Shown one piece after another: positions 16,482 to 24,340 of a stretch of DNA of 26,751 nucleotides. The notes beneath the pieces were generated by a model. That model saw only the letters and a program-made list of their open reading frames with translations, ran no database searches and was not told the DNA's origin. The position numbers were made by a program, and so were the translations under genes. Each line of letters opens with the position of its first letter. The stretch's first letter is position 1. Source of the stretch: Phycisphaerales bacterium (GTDB lineage Bacteria; Planctomycetota; Phycisphaerae; Phycisphaerales; UBA1924); NCBI GenBank assembly GCA_040879395.1, contig JBBDKK010000115.1:1-26751 (forward strand), in the 5' to 3' direction.

Positions 16482-16487
16482 TATCAT
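16482..16487 (+). promoter_or_regulatory. Putative -10 hexamer (TATCAT) 6 nt before the dus GTG; probable leaderless promoter
   Basis: GCAC-TATCAT-cgaccc-GTG, the same GCACTAT context as recQ, with no Shine-Dalgarno. Confidence 0.5.
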
Positions 16488-16493
16488 CGACCC

Positions 16494-17591
16494 GTGATCG
16501 CCCAGCCGCTGACATTGAACGCCCCCACCGGCACGGTTGCCCTCGATACCAACCTGCTGCTGGCCCCCATCGCCGGCTGGTGCGAACTGGCATGGCGGAT
16601 CACCTGCCGCGAGCTGGGCGGGGTCGGGCTTGCCTGCACGGACCTCTTAAGCCCCAAGGGGCTGCTGCTCAGCGAAGAGACCAGCCGCGACCTGGCCCGC
16701 ACCAACGATCTCGACAAACCCATCGGCATGCAGCTCTACGGCTCGGATCCCGCAATCCTGGCCGAGGGGGCCGCGTGGTGCGCCGAGCACGGGGCGACGG
16801 TCGTGGATATCAATATGGGCTGCCCGGTGGACAAGGTCACCAAGAAGAACGGCGGATCGATGCTGATGTGCGATCTGAACCGCACCTTCGCCATGTTCGA
16901 GCGTGTCCGGGAGGCCATGCCGGGGCATGTGCCGCTGACGGCCAAGATGCGCCTGGGATGGGACGAAGAGGCCAAGCGGGCGGGCGTGGCGAGCAAACTA
17001 TCTATAGGGCTCATCGAGCGTGGGGCATCGATGATCACCATCCACGGGCGGACCACCGAGCAGCGTTTCAAGGGTGCGTGCGATCTGCAGGGCATCAGGC
17101 GCGTCGTCGATGATGTGCGCGAGCGATATCCGGATGTGCCCGTCATCGGCAACGGCGACATCAAGGAAGCGGCCGATGTCGTCAACATGCTCCATTGCAC
17201 CGGGTGCGCGGGAGTGATGATCGGTCGCGGCTCGTTCAGCAACCCGTGGCTGTTCCGCTACGCCTGGGCCCTGCAGCAGCGGGTGGTCGAGCAGCGCATC
17301 GACCCCGCGGATGCGGCCGCCGTCTCGGCCATCGACCTGAGCGACCTGCACCCCAGCGAAGACGAGAAACTGGACATGCTCCTGCGGTTCTTTGAGCGCA
17401 TGATCGAGTACCGCGATGAAAACCACGCCCGCCATGTGTTCCGCCAGAAGGCGAATCTGCTGGGTAAGCCCATAAACGAGGGCCACTGCCGCCCGCTCAA
17501 GAACGCGCTTCGCGAGGCCGGATCGGTCCAGGATGTCTACGACGCGATCGAGGGTTGGCGGGCCCGGATGCACGAGTCTGCGACCGTTTGA
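16494..17591 (+). CDS. dusB: tRNA-dihydrouridine synthase (DusB-like)
   Basis: LAPIAG, QLYGSDP, DINMGCPVDKV (catalytic Cys), TIHGRT, GNGDI, GVMIGRG. Confidence 0.9.
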   Translation: MIAQPLTLNAPTGTVALDTNLLLAPIAGWCELAWRITCRELGGVGLACTDLLSPKGLLLSEETSRDLARTNDLDKPIGMQLYGSDPAILAEGAAWCAEHGATVVDINMGCPVDKVTKKNGGSMLMCDLNRTFAMFERVREAMPGHVPLTAKMRLGWDEEAKRAGVASKLSIGLIERGASMITIHGRTTEQRFKGACDLQGIRRVVDDVRERYPDVPVIGNGDIKEAADVVNMLHCTGCAGVMIGRGSFSNPWLFRYAWALQQRVVEQRIDPADAAAVSAIDLSDLHPSEDEKLDMLLRFFERMIEYRDENHARHVFRQKANLLGKPINEGHCRPLKNALREAGSVQDVYDAIEGWRARMHESATV

Positions 17592-17649
17592 GAGATTGGG
17601 CTTGGTCTGGAGCATCCGCGGCGGTACATTGGAGTAGAAGGAGACGCCC

Positions 17650-19014
17650 ATGAAACCCCGATCCACCATCGCCCCGTGCCTTGCCCTGGCCGCCGGATTC
17701 GCCACCGCCGGACCCGACCTGATCTGCAGCGAGATCGACGGCGCTACCAGCTTTGGGGTGGTTGACAAGGTTGCCGCCTACAGCTTCGGCACCACGCTGT
17801 GCAATATCGGTGACGAACCGGTCTCATATGCCCAGAACACAAACCAGCACCCGCTGATCGCCCAGTCGATCTACAAGCTCAAGGACCACCGCATCGAGCA
17901 GATCGGCATCGGGTTCGTGCGCCACCCGACCATCCCGCTGCCCGGCAACGCCTGCGGGCTGGGGTGCACGCCGGGAGCGATCGATGAGCTGGGCCCTGGT
18001 TGCAGCGATGTCAACAGCAGCACCACCAACGGCGGGCAGGCGATGATGGGCCCGCGCACCGAGGTCGAGGCGTACTTCGGCGACTACCCGTATCCCTTCA
18101 CCAGCATCAACCAGACCGGCGATGCGATCTACAAGCGTGTGCAGGTCGAGCTTGCGGATGTCAGCGACCCCGATGCGCTGTACTTCGTCGAGACGCAGCT
18201 CATCGTCCCGGACGAAACCATGCCCGAGGAGCGCAACAACAATGTCAGCTACCGCCAGGTCACATTCACGCCCGGCTCGGCGACGGCGGCGATGGTCGGC
18301 CCGACCTACGACCGGCAGCCGGCGATCTTCGCCTGGCGCGACCACGGCAACGGGATCGGAGTTCCGGACGCCGAGGTGCTCATCGACGAGATCGAGATGC
18401 CGCGGGGCGGGCTGATCCATGTCGGCTCGCGCGTGACCGAGGATCCCGACAACTTCACCTACCGCTACGAGTACGCCATTCACAACCAGAACTCCAGCCG
18501 CCAGATCGCGTGGTTCGAACACTCCGCGGGCGATGCCGAAACGGAGGAGTTCACCTTCGATGCGCCGGCCTACCACGATGATCTTGACGAACAAATCGAC
18601 GGCCAAGCGTGGGCCGTCGAACTCTCGGTCTGCGCGTCCGTTCTTTACCGCCAGGCCGTCGGATTTCACGACGACCCCAATGCCAACACGATCCGCTGGG
18701 GCACGACCTACGGGTTCGGTTTTACCAACAGGAACGAGCCGTACATTGGAACGGCGGAGACGATGCGGATCGGCTACGGTGGACCCACCGATGGCGGTGA
18801 GCCGAACATCGTCTTTGCCCAAGCGCACATGCCACTCCCTGGCGAGTTCTTCTGCTGGGCGGATCTCAACGAAGATGGGCAACTCAACTTCTTCGATCTC
18901 TCTGCCTTCATCCAGCGCTACAACGCTGGCGGCGACTACAACAACGACGGAGAGACGAACTTTTTCGATCTCTCCGCGTTCCTCACCGATTTCAACGCCG
19001 GGTGCTGCTTCTGA
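17650..19014 (+). CDS. Secreted Cys-rich protein of unknown function with C-terminal GC-type dockerin-like (double EF-hand) domain
   Basis: Signal peptide (MKPRSTIAPCLALAAGFATA), AAGGAG RBS, C-terminal duplicated DxNxDGxxNFFDLSAF motif ending GCCF. Confidence 0.85.
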   Translation: MKPRSTIAPCLALAAGFATAGPDLICSEIDGATSFGVVDKVAAYSFGTTLCNIGDEPVSYAQNTNQHPLIAQSIYKLKDHRIEQIGIGFVRHPTIPLPGNACGLGCTPGAIDELGPGCSDVNSSTTNGGQAMMGPRTEVEAYFGDYPYPFTSINQTGDAIYKRVQVELADVSDPDALYFVETQLIVPDETMPEERNNNVSYRQVTFTPGSATAAMVGPTYDRQPAIFAWRDHGNGIGVPDAEVLIDEIEMPRGGLIHVGSRVTEDPDNFTYRYEYAIHNQNSSRQIAWFEHSAGDAETEEFTFDAPAYHDDLDEQIDGQAWAVELSVCASVLYRQAVGFHDDPNANTIRWGTTYGFGFTNRNEPYIGTAETMRIGYGGPTDGGEPNIVFAQAHMPLPGEFFCWADLNEDGQLNFFDLSAFIQRYNAGGDYNNDGETNFFDLSAFLTDFNAGCCF

Positions 19015-19080
19015 CTTCTGGTATTCTGGGCACCCGAACCGGTGAAGACGGCGGAACCAGTGACCGATCATCGCGTATAG

Positions 19081-19102
19081 CCCCGTGTTCCCAAGCACGG
19101 GG
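19081..19102. other. Short GC-rich hairpin between the two dockerin-tagged genes
   Basis: CCCCGTGTT-CCCA-AGCACGGGG (9-bp stem with one G-U); no U-tract, so not called a terminator. Confidence 0.45.
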
Positions 19103-19211
19103 TATCGTCGCCAGTCCGGCGGCGTCCGCGACAGGCCGTGTGGTCGCGCCCCGATCGAATCACAGTCCGAGAATCAGCATCCGCCCGCGATCGGGCGTGG
19201 AGATCATGCAC

Positions 19212-20642
19212 ATGCACACCCCGACCACGACGATTTCCCTCGCCCTGCTCACGCTCACCTGCGGGCATGCAATCGCCCAGCACCAGCACGACGGCGACGA
19301 CCGCCTCGGCATGACCAAAGTCCACGGCTGCTGGGGCGACGCCCAGGGCAATCTCGAGGGCGGGATCTTCTGGCTGCCCACGGATCCCGACGCCAAGCGG
19401 GTCATCGACGCCGTCAAGCAGGCCAACCGCGGGGTTCCGGACAACCGGGTGGATTTCGTGGTCGTGGGTGATGGCTACACCGCGGGCGAGATGGACCAGT
19501 TCCACGCGGATGCGGGCGAGATCGAGGACTCGTTCTTCCGCTACGAGCCGTTCATCAGCTACGAGCCCTATTTCCGGTTCACCAAGGTCGAGGTCGTCTC
19601 CAACGAATCCGGCGTGGACAATGATCCCAACCCCGGGATCAACCGCGACACCGCCCTGGATATGGCCTACTGGTGCGGCGGCACCGAGCGGCTGCTGTGC
19701 GTGAGCGTCTCCAAGGCCTATATGGCCGCCGCGGCCGCCCCGGACATTGACCAGGTGATCGCCATCTCCAACTCCAGCAAGTACGGCGGGGCCGGCTATC
19801 CGAGCAACGACCTGGGCACCGCCGCGGGCCAGAACGGATCGGCCGTCGAGATCGCCATCCATGAGATGGGCCACTCGCTGGGCGATCTGGCCGACGAGTA
19901 CACCTACGGGGGCCCCACCACCTACAACGGGCCGGAACTCACGCCGGTGGATGTTTCCATTTTTAATCGGCAGCAGCAGCTCGACCAGAACCGGAAATGG
20001 TGGCGGTGGATGGATACCTCCTTCGCCGGTTTCGATGGCCCCGTCAACACCTACGAGGGCGGCAACTACTCCGAGTTCGGCGTCTACCGCCCCTCGAACA
20101 ACTCCATGATGCGGTCGCTGGGGCGGCCGTTCAACATCGTCAGCGCCGAGCGGCTGCTCCACCAGATCTACAAAGAGGTCAGCCCGATCGACGACGGCAC
20201 GCCCGACGGGGCGACCGTCGATGGTGATGCCCTGCTCTGGGTCACCCCTATGCAGCCGCTGAGCCACGATCTGAGCGTGCTGTGGTACCTCGACGGGCAG
20301 TTGATCATCAGCGCGGCGGGGTCAGATGAGCTGGATGTTGCCACGCTGGGGCTGGCATCTGGAGAGCACACCATCACGGTGGAGGTGGTCGATCCGACGC
20401 CCTGGGTCCGCTTCGAGGCCATCCGCGACGCGTTCCTGACGGCCTCGCGGAGTTTCACCGTGGATGTCTGCTCCCCGGCCGCGGATTTCACGGGTGATGG
20501 GATGGTGAACTTCTTCGATATCTCCGCCTTCCTGGGGGCGTTCAATGACGGAGACCCCGAGGCGGACTTCAACGGCGACGGGGATCACAACTTCTTCGAT
20601 ATCTCCGCCTTCCTCCAGGCATTCAACCAGGGCGGGTGCTGA
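19212..20642 (+). CDS. Secreted M64-family (IgA peptidase-like) zinc metallopeptidase with C-terminal GC-type dockerin-like domain
   Basis: Signal peptide ending AIA; NRVDFVVVGDGYT, KYGGAG, HEMGHSLGDLADEY (HEXXH plus LADEY), YEGG, YRP..NSMMR; duplicated ADFxGDGxxNFFDISAFL ending GGC. ATG 19212 is 9 nt after GGAG; ATG 19206 is an alternative. Confidence 0.9.
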   Translation: MHTPTTTISLALLTLTCGHAIAQHQHDGDDRLGMTKVHGCWGDAQGNLEGGIFWLPTDPDAKRVIDAVKQANRGVPDNRVDFVVVGDGYTAGEMDQFHADAGEIEDSFFRYEPFISYEPYFRFTKVEVVSNESGVDNDPNPGINRDTALDMAYWCGGTERLLCVSVSKAYMAAAAAPDIDQVIAISNSSKYGGAGYPSNDLGTAAGQNGSAVEIAIHEMGHSLGDLADEYTYGGPTTYNGPELTPVDVSIFNRQQQLDQNRKWWRWMDTSFAGFDGPVNTYEGGNYSEFGVYRPSNNSMMRSLGRPFNIVSAERLLHQIYKEVSPIDDGTPDGATVDGDALLWVTPMQPLSHDLSVLWYLDGQLIISAAGSDELDVATLGLASGEHTITVEVVDPTPWVRFEAIRDAFLTASRSFTVDVCSPAADFTGDGMVNFFDISAFLGAFNDGDPEADFNGDGDHNFFDISAFLQAFNQGGC

Positions 20643-20970
20643 ACACCGTCGGCGGAGCGTGCGTATCCTTGATTCTCGGAGTTTTCCCACGGCGCTCGGC
20701 CTCCCGGGGCAATATGTGCCGCCCCCGGGCGTTGGATAGAATACGGCGGGGTCCGCGATGGCTCCGCCAGACCAGACAAGTCCATGACTCATCCGGGTTT
20801 GCATATCAGAAACACGGCTCGCGAGCGCCTGAAACCGGATATGAAGGGGCGATAACCCGATACCGGCCATCAGTTCCATCCTCAGGGGTGGCAATGGTGC
20901 CCGGATCGTGAACAATGGAACGGACGCTCCGGCGTCGGAATCGGATACACGGGCTCTGCGAAGGGTCCTA

Positions 20971-20976
20971 TAAAAT
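20971..20976 (+). promoter_or_regulatory. Candidate -10 hexamer (TAAAAT) for the DUF1573-rhodanese-MauE operon
   Basis: TATAAAAT AT-rich patch about 60 nt upstream of ATG 21038; no convincing -35 seen. Confidence 0.35.
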
Positions 20977-21037
20977 CAATCACGGCGGCGATCCTGACTG
21001 GGACAAGCCGCCGGGTCGGATCGGGAGGAACGCAGCG

Positions 21038-22126
21038 ATGAGCTTTCAAAAATCTCTTTTGGTATTTTCCGGCGTGGCAATGACCTGCGGGTTCGGCCCC
21101 GTCGCCCACGGGCAGGCGCTTGAGCGCGAAGACCTTGCCCCCACCGCCCCGGGCATGATGAACCCCGAGGTCGAGGGCAAGGGGGTGCTGACCTTCTCGA
21201 GCAAGATCCAGGAGACCGGCGAGATCCTCGATTCCGACACAACATCGCTCAGCTACCTTTTCAAGAACACCGGCAGCGGCCCGTTGACCATCACGCAGGT
21301 GAAGCCCTCCTGCGGCTGCACGGTCCCGGAACTGGAGCAGAAGACCTACATGCCCGGCGAATCGGGCAAGCTCGATGTGACCTTCGATCCCAAGGGAAAG
21401 AAGGGCGCGGTCTCGCAGAATGTGACCGTCTTCACCGATTCGGACACCACACGCGCCGAAACCCTGATTGTTCGCGCACTGGTCAAGCCGGTCATCGTGA
21501 CCGAGCCGCGGATCCTGCCCTTCGACGCGGTCAACAAAGGTGAGACCATGACCAAGGAGTTCAGTATCTACGGCCGCACCGATGACTTCAAGGTCACCCG
21601 GGCCACCGTCGATCAGCCCGAATCATTCGATATCGAGGTCGTGGACATGGGCGAGACCGAGTACCAGGGCGAGAATCTCCGCCTCTCGGTCATCCGGCTG
21701 ACCATCCGCCCCGATGCCCGCCCGGACAACCACCGGGCCGACATCACCGTGCGGACCAACGACGAACGCAAGCCGATCTTCTCGCTGGCCGCGGTCGCCC
21801 GCGTGCTTGGCGATCTGGATATCAGCCCGGTGCGGATCACCATGGGCCGCATGACGGTTGGCGACGAGTTCGAGCGTGAGTTCAAGGTCGTCTCCAAGTC
21901 CGGCAAGGCCTTCGAACTCAAGAGCGTGGCCCTCGACACCGTCGCTCTCGAGACCGAGGAGGTCTTCGAGCCGGCCAACGAGGAGAAGACCGAGTGGGTC
22001 GTGCGCATCACCGGCAAGGTCGTGAGCCCCGCGCCGCGCTTCAACACGCAGCTGCACCTCACCACCGATGTCAAAGACGAGAGCGAACTCACCGTCCAGA
22101 TGTACGGCCAGCTCCGGGCGCAATAA
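21038..22126 (+). CDS. Exported DUF1573-domain (Ig-like) protein, 362 aa
   Basis: GGAGG RBS, signal-peptide-like N-terminus, FKNTGSGPLTITQVKPSCGCT and PGESGKLDVTFDP typical of DUF1573, followed by further beta-rich modules (ITVRTND, LHLTTDV). Confidence 0.85.
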   Translation: MSFQKSLLVFSGVAMTCGFGPVAHGQALEREDLAPTAPGMMNPEVEGKGVLTFSSKIQETGEILDSDTTSLSYLFKNTGSGPLTITQVKPSCGCTVPELEQKTYMPGESGKLDVTFDPKGKKGAVSQNVTVFTDSDTTRAETLIVRALVKPVIVTEPRILPFDAVNKGETMTKEFSIYGRTDDFKVTRATVDQPESFDIEVVDMGETEYQGENLRLSVIRLTIRPDARPDNHRADITVRTNDERKPIFSLAAVARVLGDLDISPVRITMGRMTVGDEFEREFKVVSKSGKAFELKSVALDTVALETEEVFEPANEEKTEWVVRITGKVVSPAPRFNTQLHLTTDVKDESELTVQMYGQLRAQ

Positions 22127-22186
22127 CCCCCGCCTACGCTTCCAGTCCCCGCCCATCCGGGCCAACCCCGCTCAGGACGGTTCTCC

Positions 22187-22840
22187 ATGGCCAGATGTGC
22201 ACATACGGTTTCGGGCGTGCTGATGATCGTTGGCCTGGCGTACATCGGCGGCACGGTCCAATCGCTGGTGCGTGATAAGCCCATCGTCCTCCTGCCGGTC
22301 ATGAACGCCCCCGGCCAACCCCCGGCACAGGCGGATCCGCCGCCGGAGGACGCGGGAGCTGCGGACGATCCCGCGGAGAATACGCCCATTTCGGAAGAAA
22401 TCCCGGATGCTGACACGCCCGAGGACGAGGCCGGGGCTCGGCCCGTGAAGAACGCCGAGTACGAGGCCCGGCTCGATGCGCCGGTGCCCGAGGGCATGCT
22501 CACGCTCCGCCAGGCCCACCAGCACTGGATAGATGGGGCGTACTTCATCGATTCACGCCGGCGTGACCAGTTCATCGAGGGTCGCGTCTCGGGCGCTGCC
22601 TACCTGACAGCAGAGAATATTTTGACAGATGCCGGTGATGCGATACTCGCATCCATCCCCCCCGATGCCCCGGTTGTGATCTATTGCACAGGCGGCGAGG
22701 CCTGCGACGCCTCGAAAAACACCATGGCCCTGCTCCAACCGCTCGGCTACACGAACCTGATGATCATGGGTTCGGGCTACGCGGATTGGGAAGCCGCCGG
22801 GCTGCCTGTCGAACGCGGCGAGCCGGAGACGATGCCATGA
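22187..22840 (+). CDS. Membrane-anchored rhodanese-like domain protein
   Basis: N-terminal TM helix, P/E/D-rich linker, FIDSR...FIEGRVSGA, active-loop VIYCTGGEAC, GY....IM.SGYADW..AGLPVE. Confidence 0.88.
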   Translation: MARCAHTVSGVLMIVGLAYIGGTVQSLVRDKPIVLLPVMNAPGQPPAQADPPPEDAGAADDPAENTPISEEIPDADTPEDEAGARPVKNAEYEARLDAPVPEGMLTLRQAHQHWIDGAYFIDSRRRDQFIEGRVSGAAYLTAENILTDAGDAILASIPPDAPVVIYCTGGEACDASKNTMALLQPLGYTNLMIMGSGYADWEAAGLPVERGEPETMP

Positions 22841-23397
22841 GCGCACTGCGATGGGCCGAATCGGTGCTGATCCAACTCCCCGTGCGCCTGGGCCTCGGGG
22901 GGCTCTTCGCGTTCGCGGCGGTCAGCAAGCTCATGAATATCCAGGCCTTCGCCTTCGCGATCAAAGGCTTCAAGGTCCTCGACCCCCAAACCCACGCCCA
23001 CCTGATCCTCAGCGCGGCCTACACCATCCCGTGGGTGGAAATCATCGCCGCGGTGCTGCTGATCCTCGGGCTCCGCACCCGATCCGCCGCCCTCACGCTG
23101 GGGCTCATGCTGATCGCCTTCATCGCCGGGCTGGTCCATGTCATCACCTCTGGGATCCACGCAGACTGCTCCTGTTTCGGGGATATGAACCTGATCTGCG
23201 AGGCCGAGGTGGGCTGGTGCCAGGTGATCCGGAACTTGGTCCTGCTGCTGCCGGCCCTCTATCTGATCTGGCGGGGCGGGGGGATCCTCTCGATCGACCA
23301 CGCCCTGGAACGCCGATGCCGCCCCGGCGACCCCAATTCGGCCCACCACGCCAGTTCTCGCCCCTCCCGGGTCGACGACGCCGATATCCGGGCGTAA
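22837..23397 (+). CDS. MauE/DoxX family membrane protein
   Basis: RLGLGGLFAFAAVSKL, PWVEIIAAVLLILG, DCSCFG, RNLVLL; ATGA overlap with the rhodanese gene. Confidence 0.88.
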   Translation: MSALRWAESVLIQLPVRLGLGGLFAFAAVSKLMNIQAFAFAIKGFKVLDPQTHAHLILSAAYTIPWVEIIAAVLLILGLRTRSAALTLGLMLIAFIAGLVHVITSGIHADCSCFGDMNLICEAEVGWCQVIRNLVLLLPALYLIWRGGGILSIDHALERRCRPGDPNSAHHASSRPSRVDDADIRA

Positions 23398-23400
23398 ACT
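23395..23400 (+). promoter_or_regulatory. Candidate -10 hexamer (TAAACT) for rpsR
   Basis: Overlaps the MauE stop codon and would give a leader of about 80 nt that contains the hairpin below. Confidence 0.35.
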
Positions 23401-23417
23401 CCCTACCCACAAGTCAG

Positions 23418-23481
23418 TTCCGTCGCTCGTCGGCCGCCGCGGTGTGCGCGGGGTGCGCGAGCCACGCAGACCGAGACGGAG
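23418..23481 (+). promoter_or_regulatory. Structured rpsR 5' leader sequestering the RBS; resembles the S6:S18-binding RNA motif
   Basis: TCCGTC (23419-24) pairs with GACGGA (23475-80, includes GGA of the SD); GCTCG pairs with CGAGC; inner CCGCG-GTGTG-CGCGG; 3' bulge contains CCG (23471-73). Confidence 0.45.
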
Positions 23482-23488
23482 AACCGAT

Positions 23489-23782
23489 ATGAGCAGAGAC
23501 ACTTCTTCCCGCGACCGCGGCGACCGCAGCAGCCGTGACCGTGACGACCGCGACGATCGCGAACGCTTCCAGGGCGGCAAGGTGACCGTCACCAGCGGCA
23601 AGGGCATCGAGTATGTCGACTACAAGGATGTCGAGTCCCTGCGTCGCATGATGACCCCCAACGGCAAAATCTACGGCCGCAAGCGCCTGGGCACCAACGC
23701 CCGCCAGCAGCGCATGGTGGCTTCCGCCATCAAGCGCGCCCGCTTCATGGGCCTGCTCCCGTTCACCAACGCCACCCTCTGA
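23489..23782 (+). CDS. rpsR: 30S ribosomal protein S18 (Cys-free, zinc-independent type) with R/D-rich N-terminal extension
   Basis: VDYKDVESLRRMM..NGKIYGRKRLGT.ARQQR.VA.AIKRARFMGLLPF; GGAG RBS 7 nt upstream of ATG 23489. Confidence 0.95.
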   Translation: MSRDTSSRDRGDRSSRDRDDRDDRERFQGGKVTVTSGKGIEYVDYKDVESLRRMMTPNGKIYGRKRLGTNARQQRMVASAIKRARFMGLLPFTNATL

Positions 23783-23829
23783 GCCCGCTGGCTCCCCCCG
23801 TGGGAGATGGGCGACGCCCAAAACCCAAC

Positions 23830-24324
23830 ATGCCGGTATACGAACGCGATTACAAGCCGCTGGCGATGGCCCTCTCCGAGGTGTCTGGCAATCGGCACCG
23901 TCGCATGCGCGAGGTTGCCGATGTTCTCTGGCGGTTCTTCAAGGACTTCGGCGTCTCGTGGGTGGGCTTCTACGAGAAGGACCCGGACGCCGAGCAAATG
24001 ATCCTGGGCCCGTCGCGCGACAAACCCGCCTGCTCACCCATCGCCCTCCACGGGGCCTGCGGCATGGCGTGGTCCAAAAAACGCCCGATCATCGTCCATG
24101 ATGTCCACAGCCTCGGGCCCAACTACATCGCCTGCGACCCGCGGGACAAGTCAGAACTCGTGCTTCCGTTGTTCAACGACGACGGCTCGTGCTACGGCGT
24201 GCTGGACATCGACTCACACGACCGAAACGCGTTCGGCGAGCAGGATGTCTTCGAGCTGCGCCGCCTCTTGGAAACCACCGCCCTGAGCTGGCCCGCCCCC
24301 CACCGCCCAGCGATCGTGTATTAA
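23830..24324 (+). CDS. msrC: GAF-domain protein, free methionine-(R)-sulfoxide reductase (fRMsr)-like
   Basis: SWVGFY, LGP....AC..I...GACG.A, IACD....SELVLP, GVLDIDS...AF; three Cys in fRMsr positions. Confidence 0.8.
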   Translation: MPVYERDYKPLAMALSEVSGNRHRRMREVADVLWRFFKDFGVSWVGFYEKDPDAEQMILGPSRDKPACSPIALHGACGMAWSKKRPIIVHDVHSLGPNYIACDPRDKSELVLPLFNDDGSCYGVLDIDSHDRNAFGEQDVFELRRLLETTALSWPAPHRPAIVY

Positions 24325-24340
24325 GACCAGCAACTACGAC

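Noticed and set aside
17824-20267. Minus-strand ORFs 17824..19098 and 19068..20267
   Set aside because: Antisense shadows of the two dockerin-tagged genes.
20889-20905. GGCAATGGTGCCC, resembling the 5' end of a fluoride (crcB) riboswitch
   Set aside because: The downstream GCURAUGAC-type element and pseudoknot partner are missing, and the downstream genes are not fluoride-related.
22777-23607. 276-aa minus-strand Ser/Arg-rich ORF
   Set aside because: Antisense reading of the MauE gene and the rpsR repeat region.
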